Source: a virus (Duplodnaviria > Caudoviricetes). From it: a DNA stretch of 43,985 bases. The first letter of the stretch is position 1, and the number at the start of each line of letters is the position of its first letter. A model generated the notes under the pieces. It did not search any database. It saw only the letters and a list, made by a program, of their open reading frames with translations, and was not told the origin of the DNA. Below are positions 26,667 to 35,472 of this stretch, piece by piece. A program made the position numbers and the translations under genes. The DNA is taken from positions 1 to 43,985 of IMG/VR virus record IMGVR_UViG_3300010052_000006; one strand, written 5' to 3'.

Positions 26667-27028
26667 CAGAGCCCCAAGACATACTCGTAGGAGATGCCGA
26701 CGCGCCTGCCGTCCTTGAAGATTGCCCGTGAGGGCGCGGCATCGAACGCGGCGCGACCGAAGCGCGAAATAAACGCACGCTTGCCCATCAGATCGGCAGT
26801 CATGCTCCGATGCTTCAGCGTTTTCTTGTAGTGGATGCCGCGAGGAATTGTCCCCTCGTAGTATTCTGGGTTCAGTCGCTTAACCCGCGCGATTATTGGT
26901 TCACCGACATGACGCCGACGCATTTTATAGATGAGATCATTGAGGTAATCGCCACGGCGGGCGCGCTCGATGATGAGGCCGCGAAGAACTGCCGCAATGT
27001 GGGCGTCTGTAAATGCTTCAGCGTTCAT
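26666..27028 (-). CDS. Basic hypothetical protein between terL and portal
   Basis: Translationally coupled at both ends; Arg-rich. Confidence 0.6.
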   Translation of the reverse strand: MNAEAFTDAHIAAVLRGLIIERARRGDYLNDLIYKMRRRHVGEPIIARVKRLNPEYYEGTIPRGIHYKKTLKHRSMTADLMGKRAFISRFGRAAFDAAPSRAIFKDGRRVGISYEYVLGL

Positions 27029-28332
27029 ATCTTCATCCTCGTGCCGACATGCGGCTCAGGCGGGCCGGGCAGATAGACCGCGCCAGGCTTGGGCTTAGGC
27101 TTCGGTGGCTGCGCTGCGGCCGTCATCTCGCGCCAGGCCATCGCCAGATAGCGGAAAGCATCGGCCGGATGCGTGGCCCAGTCTTTTTTCGGCGTGTCCT
27201 TGAATGTGCGCGCCTTCTCGTCATATTCGGCGCGATATTGGCGCAGCGCCTCGAGCCCATCGGCGCATTTCGTGGCGTCGAACCAGCAGCGCGGAAATGT
27301 CAGCCGCGCCGCGTTGATGCCGTCCATGACGCGGTGATCGGCCACAAGGCGAGGCTTGCGCCCGAGCGAGGCCAGCGTTTCGAGTCGCGTCCGGCCTGTC
27401 TCGATCGACTTCACCCGCGCATCATGCGGCACATAGTCGGTGCCGTGATAGCCGCGGCTGTTGAGGTCGGCGCAATAGCGCTCCATCGAGTAGCCATAAG
27501 CCGACAAATAGTCGATCACCCTGATCTCGCCGGCCCCGACCTGGAAACACCAGATCGCCATGTGATCGCCGTTGCCGATGTCCCAGGCCGTATGAACCGG
27601 AGCGCCGACAATCGGCTGCAGGCTCGCCGCAATCCGCCCCGCGCGCTCGGCCTCGGCCATCTCTTTGCCGAAATAGGCACCGAGAATGGCGGCCTCAAAT
27701 GAGCACTCGAATTCCTGCTCATATTGTTCCGGCGTCATGTCGAGCCGGGCCGCGTCGAGTTCGCCCTCGTCGATGACGCCCGTCTCTGAGGCGCGCAGCT
27801 TTACCGCGTACCACGCAGGATCGGTCTCGGCTCGGCTGAATATCTCCCAGAATGCGTTGCGCCCCTTCGGGGTGCCGATGAATGTTGCCCCACCATGCCG
27901 ATCGGCGAGGAGAGGTCGGATAACCTCGCCCCAGACGCTGGGGGCCATGTCGGCATACTCGTCGAGCACGACATCATCGAGATAGAGGCCGCGCAACCGA
28001 TCAGGGTTGTCAGCGCCGTAGAGCCTGAGCCGCGCGCCGTTGATGAGATCAACACGCAGCTCGCTCTCATTCGCCGGGCTCGCGAGAAACGGCCGCGCAT
28101 AGTGCTTGACGTAGGTCCATGCGACGTCCTTGGCCTGGTTGAACAGCGGCGCGACATAGGCATAGCGCCCGTCAGGCCGCTCGCACCGGAGCGCCGCGTC
28201 GATCAGGTCGGCGATGCAGGCGACTGTCTTGCCGCATCGCCGATGCGCCACGATGGCCGAAAACCGCTGCCGGCGCATGTGGTACGGCACGAAATGCGCG
28301 CGCGCCAGATAGCCGTTGTTAATTGTCTCCAT
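27025..28332 (-). CDS. terL: Terminase large subunit
   Basis: Walker A HRRCGKT, Walker B VVLDE, GTPKG, nuclease AWDIG and HPADAFRY. Confidence 0.95.
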   Translation of the reverse strand: METINNGYLARAHFVPYHMRRQRFSAIVAHRRCGKTVACIADLIDAALRCERPDGRYAYVAPLFNQAKDVAWTYVKHYARPFLASPANESELRVDLINGARLRLYGADNPDRLRGLYLDDVVLDEYADMAPSVWGEVIRPLLADRHGGATFIGTPKGRNAFWEIFSRAETDPAWYAVKLRASETGVIDEGELDAARLDMTPEQYEQEFECSFEAAILGAYFGKEMAEAERAGRIAASLQPIVGAPVHTAWDIGNGDHMAIWCFQVGAGEIRVIDYLSAYGYSMERYCADLNSRGYHGTDYVPHDARVKSIETGRTRLETLASLGRKPRLVADHRVMDGINAARLTFPRCWFDATKCADGLEALRQYRAEYDEKARTFKDTPKKDWATHPADAFRYLAMAWREMTAAAQPPKPKPKPGAVYLPGPPEPHVGTRMKI

Positions 28333-28576
28333 TGCGCGGGACGCCGGTCACCAGCAATTTCTGGACGATGGGGTTTTTCTCGTCGCCGCCGAGTGTGATC
28401 GACTGCAAATCGGGGATGACTTTCTTGAGGGTAATTTCCGCCGAGCGGATCTGTTGCGCCGTCATCGGCGGGTCGAGCTCGCCGAGCGCGTCGGCCTCGA
28501 GGCGCTGAAGAATTTTCGATGCCCGGATTTTATCCCTTATGTGGGCATGTTTGTTTGGTTTTTCGCGGGAGGTCAT
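28319..28576 (-). CDS. Probable terminase small subunit
   Basis: 85 aa overlapping the terL start; IRASKILQRL..KKVIPDLQSI..GDEKNPI. Confidence 0.6.
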   Translation of the reverse strand: MTSREKPNKHAHIRDKIRASKILQRLEADALGELDPPMTAQQIRSAEITLKKVIPDLQSITLGGDEKNPIVQKLLVTGVPRNGDN

Positions 28577-28655
28577 GGGAATGGCCCTCGGTCTGAGCGA
28601 CGGGCGGAAATGAAAATGCCCGCTGCGGTTTCCCGGCGGGCGGTTTTCGGTAGGT

Positions 28656-29159
28656 CTAAGCGAAGTTCAGGCAGGCATAGGCACCATGAAGACGGCGGGC
28701 CGCTTCGTCATAAGCCTGCGCAGCTTCCTCGGGCGTCCCATGGACACCCAAGGAATGTTCTTTGCCATTGGCCGTTATCCGAGCGTGCCATTTGCGCGTT
28801 CTGCGATGCCAGCACACACCTTTGAACCCCGACCTATTGTCGCGGTGTTTCCGCATGTTCTTCTGGTTTTCAAGGGGCGTGCAAGCTCTCAAATTTGAAA
28901 ACCTGTTATCGCTTGTTACGTGGTCTTTGTGATCGATGATGCCATCCGGCCATTTGCCCGTCTCGGCTAACCACACCAGCTTGTGCTCAGGGTAAAACTT
29001 GCCGTTGACTCTGATTATGCGATAGCCGCCACTCCCAAGGCTCCCGGCCAGATTGCCAGCACGCCTTCCCCTCCCGGTCTGGAGCCAGATGAAGCGCCCT
29101 CTCTCTGAATCGTAACGGAACACCTCACGCAGCTTTTCAGCCGTAAGTTCAATTGCCAT
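28656..29159 (-). CDS. HNH endonuclease with AP2 DNA-binding domain
   Basis: IDHKD..DNR.SNLR; SGFKGV.W..KW.A.I..LG..EAA.AYD..HG.YA.LNF. Confidence 0.92.
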   Translation of the reverse strand: MAIELTAEKLREVFRYDSERGRFIWLQTGRGRRAGNLAGSLGSGGYRIIRVNGKFYPEHKLVWLAETGKWPDGIIDHKDHVTSDNRFSNLRACTPLENQKNMRKHRDNRSGFKGVCWHRRTRKWHARITANGKEHSLGVHGTPEEAAQAYDEAARRLHGAYACLNFA

Positions 29160-29269
29160 CTGGATTTTCCGGGGTTTTTAATGCGAAACGCCCCGGCGCT
29201 TTGGGGCGCTCGGGGCGTTAATCGTCAGCCAAACATTTCGTAACACCATGCGAGTGATTTGGCAAGAGT

Positions 29270-29845
29270 CTATGCGGCCTTTTTCGACATGCGCTCACGA
29301 CGCTGGATTACCCGGCCGATGGCGTTGAGGCCTTCGCGAAGACGGCCCATCTCCAGTTCTGTCAGATGCTCGGAATATTCCCGCAGGCAGACGTCCCAGA
29401 GGATCGAGGCGGAGGAGCGGCCAGCGATCGAACAATCGACCTCACGAAGCGCTGCCATTATCTGCAGGGCTTCACCTTCGTGCTGGACGGGCCTTTCCGA
29501 TAACGAGGCGCCGCGGCGGTTCAGATCCTGCGCTGGCGCCGTGGCGCTGCCTATCCCCTTGGTGGCGAGGTATGTGCGCATCACCTCGGCAAAGCGATTG
29601 CCGGCGGCGTACTGGGCTTTGGAGACGTAGCCACGTTTATACAATCGACCGAGCGGGAAACCCATGAGCTGGGGCCCGCCTGGCTCACGCTCGAGTGCCG
29701 CTGTCTTCGTGACCTCGAAGTGGCGCATGCGAGCGCCGAGCGCAGTTCCCATGGCATCCTCTTGCGTGGCGGCGCGGGTTAGGCGCTTGTTCTTCGCGTA
29801 CCGGGCGCCCGGCTTTTTCTTCCGGCCTCGCTTAGACATTGGCAT
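29270..29845 (-). CDS. Basic protein in the Q / late-regulator position
   Basis: Last delayed-early gene before the hairpin and packaging module; function inferred from position only. Confidence 0.5.
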   Translation of the reverse strand: MPMSKRGRKKKPGARYAKNKRLTRAATQEDAMGTALGARMRHFEVTKTAALEREPGGPQLMGFPLGRLYKRGYVSKAQYAAGNRFAEVMRTYLATKGIGSATAPAQDLNRRGASLSERPVQHEGEALQIMAALREVDCSIAGRSSASILWDVCLREYSEHLTELEMGRLREGLNAIGRVIQRRERMSKKAA

Positions 29846-30206
29846 TGTCCTCCTTATTCAGCAGGGAGCGGATTGAAGCGGCGGAATCCAATCGACCGTT
29901 TCCGTACGGGCTCGATCCATCTATGACCCAGTTCCGTTGTCGCGACCCTACATCGTTCCGGTAGCGGCCTTCGCGCGTCAGCTCGCCCTCGGCAATCTGA
30001 GCGCATTTCTCCACCACATCGGGGAGGATGGCCTCCAGACAGGCGCGGGCTCGGGAACGCCAATGGCCGCGCTCCTCCTCGCGAAGCTGATCCCATTCGC
30101 GAGGAGAACGTGGCATCAGCAACTGCTTGCGGAGGAACGCTTCGCACATATCGGCATAGGCAGCGCTCGCCGCCTTCTCCACTATTTCGTCGGTGAGGAT
30201 GTCCAT
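29832..30206 (-). CDS. Phage hypothetical protein
   Basis: GGAGG SD, coupled to neighbours. Confidence 0.65.
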   Translation of the reverse strand: MDILTDEIVEKAASAAYADMCEAFLRKQLLMPRSPREWDQLREEERGHWRSRARACLEAILPDVVEKCAQIAEGELTREGRYRNDVGSRQRNWVIDGSSPYGNGRLDSAASIRSLLNKEDNANV

Positions 30207-30788
30207 CTATGCGGCCTCCGATGTTGCGGGGTGAACTGTGGCGCCCTGCTCGGGCGTGATCGGGCCGGACGGGGTTTTGAGGCTCGATGACGACCAGCTG
30301 CCTTCCTGGATTGCGTCGATGATGCCGGGATCGAGCGGCCGGCGGGGCTGGCGAAGGTCCCTGGTGATCGATGGATCATAGCCGAGCTCAGCCAGCACTT
30401 GCGCCTTGCGGCGCTCGCCGGGCGGTATGTCGACCTGATCCTCCTCGCCCGGTTTCAGGTAGCGATAACCGGTGGCGCGAGTGTTCGTGCGCCTGGCGCG
30501 GTCCTCGATGAACTGCTTGATATCGGCAATCGTTGGCAGGTATTTGCACTTGCTGGCGAGGCCCGTGAGCGGGTGGGCCAATGCCTCTTGAACCTCCGGA
30601 ATCTGATAGGCAATGAACTCAGTGACCGAGAGCAGATACTCACGTGGCGCTTTGCCGTAATCCGGGTAAGCCGAAAGAATTTTCTGGGCCACATTGGTCG
30701 CCTTGCTCAATTCCGCCTTCGAGGGAGGCGCGGATGTCATCAAAGCCCGCTGCGATAGAGTTGGGACGATTTGTTTGAGGTCGGACAT
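30207..30788 (-). CDS. Replication-associated protein (lambda P position)
   Basis: Follows the initiator; GLASKCKYLPTIADI motif; GGAGG SD. Confidence 0.6.
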   Translation of the reverse strand: MSDLKQIVPTLSQRALMTSAPPSKAELSKATNVAQKILSAYPDYGKAPREYLLSVTEFIAYQIPEVQEALAHPLTGLASKCKYLPTIADIKQFIEDRARRTNTRATGYRYLKPGEEDQVDIPPGERRKAQVLAELGYDPSITRDLRQPRRPLDPGIIDAIQEGSWSSSSLKTPSGPITPEQGATVHPATSEAA

Positions 30789-31545
30789 AGTTCCCCTCCA
30801 TGATTTTCGTAAGGTTTGCAGGCTTCAGCACCCAGTCGAGCGAGGCCCTCCAGCCCCGGTCGTTCTTCCCGAGGAGATGCGGGCTCTTGCCAATGATTTC
30901 GATCATGGCCTGCCAACCTTCGATGCCACCGACCTCACCGAGGCGCAGTCTCAGGCCGCGCAGCCGCTGGTCGGTTGATCGTTGGGCCTGAGGAAGGCCA
31001 AGGCGCTCGGCATTGGCGTTCCAAATCTCGATGGCGACCGCCTCGATCGATTCTCCTGGGCCTTCGTCCTCACCATCGCCCCCTTGGGGGGCTAAGGGGG
31101 GAACTTCCCTTTCCCCTTCCTTTCCCTTCCCTTCCCCTTGAGCATGCACATGCGTTTCCGTAACGCGTGGTTCACGCGTGCTCGACGCGTCAGTTAGATG
31201 AGCGCATTCAGAGGGATCGGGAAATGTGCTGGCCGCTTCGCGATTATTTATGACTTGATGCTTCTGCCAGCTCGGGATGTAGCCATACTCCTGCCCCTGA
31301 CACGCGTACCTCACGACAAAGCCACGCGCGGTCAACGCGTCGAGCACGCGTGAAAAGTCGATGTCGTCATAGGGCATGATGTCGGTCTTGAGTGCGCGCG
31401 GGCGCCACTGAAACCGCCCCTCTCGATCACACTTCGTCCACAGGCCGGCAAAGGCCAGGCGCAGAGGAAGGCTGGTGTCCCGTTCCGCATCGAACAGGCC
31501 CTCATGCTTGAAAAAGTCCGGCTTTATGGTCCGAATGCGGCTCAT
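30640..31545 (-). CDS. Phage replication initiator (lambda O-like / replisome organiser)
   Basis: MSRIRTIKPDFF..DREGR N-domain, GEGKGKEG linker, GKNDRGW.ASLDW..KIMEGNY C-domain. Confidence 0.8.
   Translation of the reverse strand: MSRIRTIKPDFFKHEGLFDAERDTSLPLRLAFAGLWTKCDREGRFQWRPRALKTDIMPYDDIDFSRVLDALTARGFVVRYACQGQEYGYIPSWQKHQVINNREAASTFPDPSECAHLTDASSTREPRVTETHVHAQGEGKGKEGEREVPPLAPQGGDGEDEGPGESIEAVAIEIWNANAERLGLPQAQRSTDQRLRGLRLRLGEVGGIEGWQAMIEIIGKSPHLLGKNDRGWRASLDWVLKPANLTKIMEGNYVRPQTNRPNSIAAGFDDIRASLEGGIEQGDQCGPENSFGLPGLRQSAT
31105..31354. promoter_or_regulatory. Putative replication origin within the initiator gene
   Basis: Six ACGCGT sites, a 20-bp perfect inverted repeat (31171-31190 / 31335-31354) and a pyrimidine tract at 31105-31140. 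Confidence 0.6.
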
Positions 31546-31949
31546 TCGAACATCACCCTTCCGCCACCCAAATGGACAAGCCTCGGGCCGGGCGCGGCGA
31601 ACAGCGTGCGCGGCTTCTTCAGCGCCGCATGAGGCGTCAGGACGCTTCTGCGGTTCCTCAGCCGAAGCTGCGCCGTGCAATAGGTTTTCCCGGCCTCAAT
31701 GCCGGGGACGTGCGCCAGCGTCGGCTTCTTGCGTTCGCCGTCGGGATTAACCCAACCCTGCACGCCGGCACCCTTGCCGAGGCGACGCTTGTTGATTGCC
31801 GCGCGCCGCTTCTCCGCATATTCCGGGTCCAGCCAAACCCGGATGGTCGTCTTCGAGACACCGAGGCGGCTCCCGGTCTCGGCAAATGTCAGCCCCTGCT
31901 CCCTGAGCAGTCTGGCGTAGGCCACCGCCTCCGGCGTCATCTTCTGCAT
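31542..31949 (-). CDS. HTH DNA-binding protein
   Basis: LREQGLTFAETGSRLGVSKTTIRVWL. Confidence 0.7.
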   Translation of the reverse strand: MQKMTPEAVAYARLLREQGLTFAETGSRLGVSKTTIRVWLDPEYAEKRRAAINKRRLGKGAGVQGWVNPDGERKKPTLAHVPGIEAGKTYCTAQLRLRNRRSVLTPHAALKKPRTLFAAPGPRLVHLGGGRVMFE

Positions 31950-31951
31950 GC

Positions 31952-32095
31952 TTACGACCTCGCGAAATGCTTGCCGGCCTGCCCACACTGGCCTTCGTCA
32001 TGGCGAGCGAATGGACAGGAGCAGCGATGAAGAAGGCAGACCAATCTGCCGCGGTATCGCTCAGCGAAAGCGCACATGCTACAGTCATAGTTCAT
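31952..32095 (-). CDS. 47-aa Cys-rich putative metal-binding protein (absent from ORF track)
   Basis: MNYDCSMCAF..VCLLHRCSCPFAR..CGQAGKHF; ATGA overlap with rusA. Confidence 0.6.
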   Translation of the reverse strand: MNYDCSMCAFAERYRGRLVCLLHRCSCPFARHDEGQCGQAGKHFARS

Positions 32096-32499
32096 GCCGC
32101 CCTCCTTGCTTGCACGGTGACGGGATCTGCGGCGGTGATGGAGATTTCAGCCGCGATGCCATCGGGCAGCATTTCCGACCAATAGGCGTTCCAGCCGTGG
32201 ATGAGCTTGTCATTGACGATTATGCGGTGCTTCTGGAGGAGGTCACCGAGGCCCTTCAGCCTGTTGTCGATATCGGCGTTCGGACTTGGCCGGCGCATCG
32301 CGACGGTGACATGGACGGGCCCGTCAAAGCGCGCCTGCCCTGCCATCTGCCGGTTGACAGCATGGCCGACCGCGTTGGCCCAAGTCAGGTAGTCCTTCGT
32401 CTTGTAGACGCCAATCTCGCCCGTCTTCCGACTGCGCGCTGACCGATAGATATGGTTCACCGAGGGCGGGAGGGATTCGAGCTGGAGGCGGGTTTTCAT
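32092..32499 (-). CDS. rusA: RusA-family Holliday junction resolvase
   Basis: PPSVNH, DIDNRLK..D.L..NDK. Confidence 0.88.
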   Translation of the reverse strand: MKTRLQLESLPPSVNHIYRSARSRKTGEIGVYKTKDYLTWANAVGHAVNRQMAGQARFDGPVHVTVAMRRPSPNADIDNRLKGLGDLLQKHRIIVNDKLIHGWNAYWSEMLPDGIAAEISITAADPVTVQARRAA

Positions 32500-32879
32500 G
32501 CCGCCCCCGCTTTGGCTATTTTCTTCGCCTGAATTTTTGCCAGAAGCGCTTCAGCTTCAGCAATAAGGTCCGTATTGCCAGCATCCGACCTGCTGTCCTT
32601 TGTCTGCTCGATCTTCAGAGCCTCAATATCACGCCTCACCGATCTCTCAAGCATGCTCAAGTAAGTTTGCCTGACCTGCTCGATGAATTCTTCGCAGGCC
32701 TGCTTCCTGTATTTGAGCTGCCACTGGCGCCAGTAATCGAGACCCTGGAACGTTTGAAGACGGTACATGGCGTCTTCGACATCGCCAGGACCGCGCACCT
32801 CGCGGGCGAGAACCTTCTTGTACATCGTAAGGGCGGCTTCCATGCGCTCTTGCTCACTCAAAGACTTTTTGAGTTCCAC
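32496..32879 (-). CDS. Helical regulator-like protein (CII position)
   Basis: GGAG SD with GTG start; function inferred from position. Confidence 0.6.
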   Translation of the reverse strand: MELKKSLSEQERMEAALTMYKKVLAREVRGPGDVEDAMYRLQTFQGLDYWRQWQLKYRKQACEEFIEQVRQTYLSMLERSVRRDIEALKIEQTKDSRSDAGNTDLIAEAEALLAKIQAKKIAKAGAA

Positions 32880-33179
32880 TCAAACTCTCCCGTGACACAT
32901 TCCCATCGACCAAGACGGAACGTGCTTTTGCAGGAGAATTCAGGTGGCAAAGATCATCGACATGATGACCAGGAAGAAATGGAAAAGGCCGGCCCGAACA
33001 GGGGGTAACGGACCGGCCAAGTTTGCAGCGGGAGGGGTCCGCTGCTCGGGAGGCTCGGGATTTACGAGTGTTGGAGAGATTGCCTGCCGAGTGGTCAGGC
33101 AACTGAGGACGCGCTGACAGCCTCACTTCATCCAGCGCGCCGGGGGCCTGTCGCATGCGTATCTGTGCGGCAGGCCTCA

Positions 33180-33314
33180 TCATTTCCAGTCACCCTCGAA
33201 ATGCTCGACAGGATCAGGACGGCGGGGACGGGTATGGCGCCAGAGAGCGAAGGCGATGCCGGCCGCGAATGCAAAAGGCCCGACGATGGATATGCCTATG
33301 AGGATATCGGTCAT
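33180..33314 (-). CDS. 44-aa single-TM protein (absent from ORF track)
   Basis: MTDILIGISIVGPFAFAAGIAFALWRHTRPRR...; ATGA coupling. Confidence 0.6.
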   Translation of the reverse strand: MTDILIGISIVGPFAFAAGIAFALWRHTRPRRPDPVEHFEGDWK

Positions 33315-33520
33315 GCGGCGGCCTTCCGCATCTGGCGGACGCGGCGAGCGCATTCACGCTTGCCCTGGTGGGGGCGGTATCGGGAGCGGGAGGGCCGATG
33401 ATTGACGCTGTAGCGAATGGAAGGCCGTTTGACCTGAACCGATCTGGCCAGTCGCATGGCGTCTTCCATGCCAGCGAGCAGCGACGGGATGCCAAGGAAC
33501 GGCAGACGAAACATGCTCAT
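33311..33520 (-). CDS. Small basic protein
   Basis: ATGA coupling at both ends; YRPHQGKRECARR. Confidence 0.6.
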   Translation of the reverse strand: MSMFRLPFLGIPSLLAGMEDAMRLARSVQVKRPSIRYSVNHRPSRSRYRPHQGKRECARRVRQMRKAAA

Positions 33521-35190
33521 GCTGCTTTGCTCCTGCTATCAAAAATTGCGGGCAAGTCCGGCATTTCACCGGAATGGGGAGCGCCGGGAGCAACATCACG
33601 GGAGGGCGATAGCTCGACCGGCGCTATCGCCGCTGAAGCGGGAGCAATAGCGGCGACCTCGGAAACTTGCGCGCCGGATTCCACGGCGCTTCCGGGATCG
33701 GCCCCGGATGGCTCATCTAAAACCTGCCTGTTATCACTGGATTTTAAAATGGCGGTCGCTACTTCATCTTCATGGTCACCTCCATTGGTTCCGGTTGCGG
33801 TGAGTTCGCCAGACGGCGAAAGGGGGTGCGAGGAAGGCGACGCGCCCAGAGCGCATGAACCGCCCTCCTCGCTGTCCGGTGTCCGCCCACCGGCAAGCCT
33901 ACTCGCAACACCAGCCCGGTCGTTGTTGTGTCTTACGGGGACCGTGCCCCCAGCGTTTCCGGGTTCGACTTCAGTTGCTTTCGCGTTGGATTTGATTTGC
34001 GAGGAGGACGCATTGAGCGCGATTGCGGCGCCCTCCTCGCTGGGGGCCACGGATGACGACTGCAATGCAAGCGCCCCGAAGGGAGCTTTCTGCCTTTCGG
34101 CATCGTCACCCTGCCCATCCTCAGCATCAGACGGCACTGATGCTGGTTCGATAATCACGCCGTCTTCGTCATGGGGAGGAAGGTCGGCTTCGGCGCCCCA
34201 CGAGTCCCAGCCGGGACGAGCGCGCCGCGAGAACATTTCCAGCTTCGGCACATTCGGGAAAAGGCGTTCGATCAGCCCATGGAACACTTCGGGCTTCTCG
34301 CTATGACGGCTGACCGGGGCGAGAATGGCGCTTTCCGGCTGGGTGCCGGGCGCTGGCGCGGGAATGCTGCCCTTCGTGCCGATAAGCAAAAGCTCGTGTT
34401 TGTTACGGGCCCAATAGCCAGTGCCGATCCGATCCTTTACCCATATGATCTGGGACTTATAGGTGAAGCCCCATGCGCCCATGACAGAGAGCGCTTCCTG
34501 CAGCATCGGCGCCGTGGCCCACAGAAACAGGACGCAGTCATCGGCAGCCGGGATCTGAAGCGCCTCAATCTTGTCGAGCGTCATCGTGGGATAGTGGTTC
34601 TCGGGGGCGCGATCCATGCCGGTTTCCCGGCTGTAGGGCTCAAAGCGCCAAGCCGGATCAGCGAGGATCAGGCCGTAAAGCTTGCCGTTGCCAACATTGG
34701 CAGAGGCGGCGCGGATGCGCTCGGCAAGGGCGGCCTCTTTCTCGTCACGGCGGCCCTTCTTGTCTTCGGCCTTGACCATGTCCACGATGATGGACGCGCC
34801 GCTGACGAGTTTATTGCGGGCCTGCTCGACCATGGCGTCAAAGGCCTGTTGCGAAAGGCTGGCGGCCTTCTGGGCTTTCGAGGAGAGCTTTCGGTCGATA
34901 CCGGCATCGGCGAGAACCACGCGGGGAAACTGTTCCTCGTCGGAACAGTTTTTCGGGCGTCGCCCCTCTGCGATCTGTCCAAGCTCCTTGGCGGCAACGA
35001 GCAGCTCGCCAAGGCGGCGCTCGCAACGAAGCTGCATCTCAAGCGCTTCCGCCATCAAGGATCGGTCCTTGATCTGGCGGGCATAGAGCTTCAGATGCTC
35101 GACTTCATCACGCACATGCATGACCTGCTCGACGCGGGCAGCTTCCGCCAATGCGGCGCGCGCAGCGCTGTATTGGGCGAGCGTCGTCAC
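33517..35190 (-). CDS. MT-A70-family N6-adenine methyltransferase with N-terminal helical domain and long disordered C-tail
   Basis: ILADPAW, HYPTM, LFLWAT, WGF.YKS, GTGYW.RN.HE, HSEKP, LEMFSR..RPGWD.WG; GTG start overlaps the cro stop. Confidence 0.9.
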   Translation of the reverse strand: MTTLAQYSAARAALAEAARVEQVMHVRDEVEHLKLYARQIKDRSLMAEALEMQLRCERRLGELLVAAKELGQIAEGRRPKNCSDEEQFPRVVLADAGIDRKLSSKAQKAASLSQQAFDAMVEQARNKLVSGASIIVDMVKAEDKKGRRDEKEAALAERIRAASANVGNGKLYGLILADPAWRFEPYSRETGMDRAPENHYPTMTLDKIEALQIPAADDCVLFLWATAPMLQEALSVMGAWGFTYKSQIIWVKDRIGTGYWARNKHELLLIGTKGSIPAPAPGTQPESAILAPVSRHSEKPEVFHGLIERLFPNVPKLEMFSRRARPGWDSWGAEADLPPHDEDGVIIEPASVPSDAEDGQGDDAERQKAPFGALALQSSSVAPSEEGAAIALNASSSQIKSNAKATEVEPGNAGGTVPVRHNNDRAGVASRLAGGRTPDSEEGGSCALGASPSSHPLSPSGELTATGTNGGDHEDEVATAILKSSDNRQVLDEPSGADPGSAVESGAQVSEVAAIAPASAAIAPVELSPSRDVAPGAPHSGEMPDLPAIFDSRSKAA

Positions 35191-35399
35191 GCTGATCTCC
35201 GCTCGCGGGGGTATAGGTCGGGGCGAAGATCGTGGCGGGAGATGCCGGTGGCGCCCTCGATCTTTAGGACCATTGTTGGCGGCACGGCGCCACGGCGAAG
35301 CCATTGAGAAATATGGCCCTGGGTTTTGCCTATGCGCTCGGCGAGCCTCGATTGACTGCCGGCTTTGTGGATTGCTGCTTTGAGTGCATCGACGCTCAT
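35187..35399 (-). CDS. cro: Cro-like repressor (YdaS/Cro family)
   Basis: GSQSRLAERIG.TQGHISQW..IEGATG.SRHDLRPDLY; divergent from cI. Confidence 0.9.
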   Translation of the reverse strand: MSVDALKAAIHKAGSQSRLAERIGKTQGHISQWLRRGAVPPTMVLKIEGATGISRHDLRPDLYPRERRSA

Positions 35400-35406
35400 G
35401 GCGAAT

Positions 35407-35449
35407 GATAACAACATATGTCGTTATCGCCGTCAAGACCTTTGTTGTG
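35407..35449. promoter_or_regulatory. OR-like operators and divergent promoters
   Basis: Near-palindrome GATAACAACATATGTCGTTATC (35407-35428) and CAAGACCTTTGTTGTG (35434-35449); TTGACG on the minus strand. Confidence 0.8.
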
Positions 35450-35472
35450 ATCGGCGGTGCTAGCTTCGGGCC

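Noticed and set aside
33780-34160. tRNA-like fragments (GGTTCGA) in the MT-A70 tail
   Set aside because: No cloverleaf or acceptor stem could be built; kept only as generic hairpins
35191-35436. N-terminal extension of the 639-aa MT-A70 ORF
   Set aside because: Overlaps cro and the operators; the GTG coupled to the cro stop at 35190 is the plausible start
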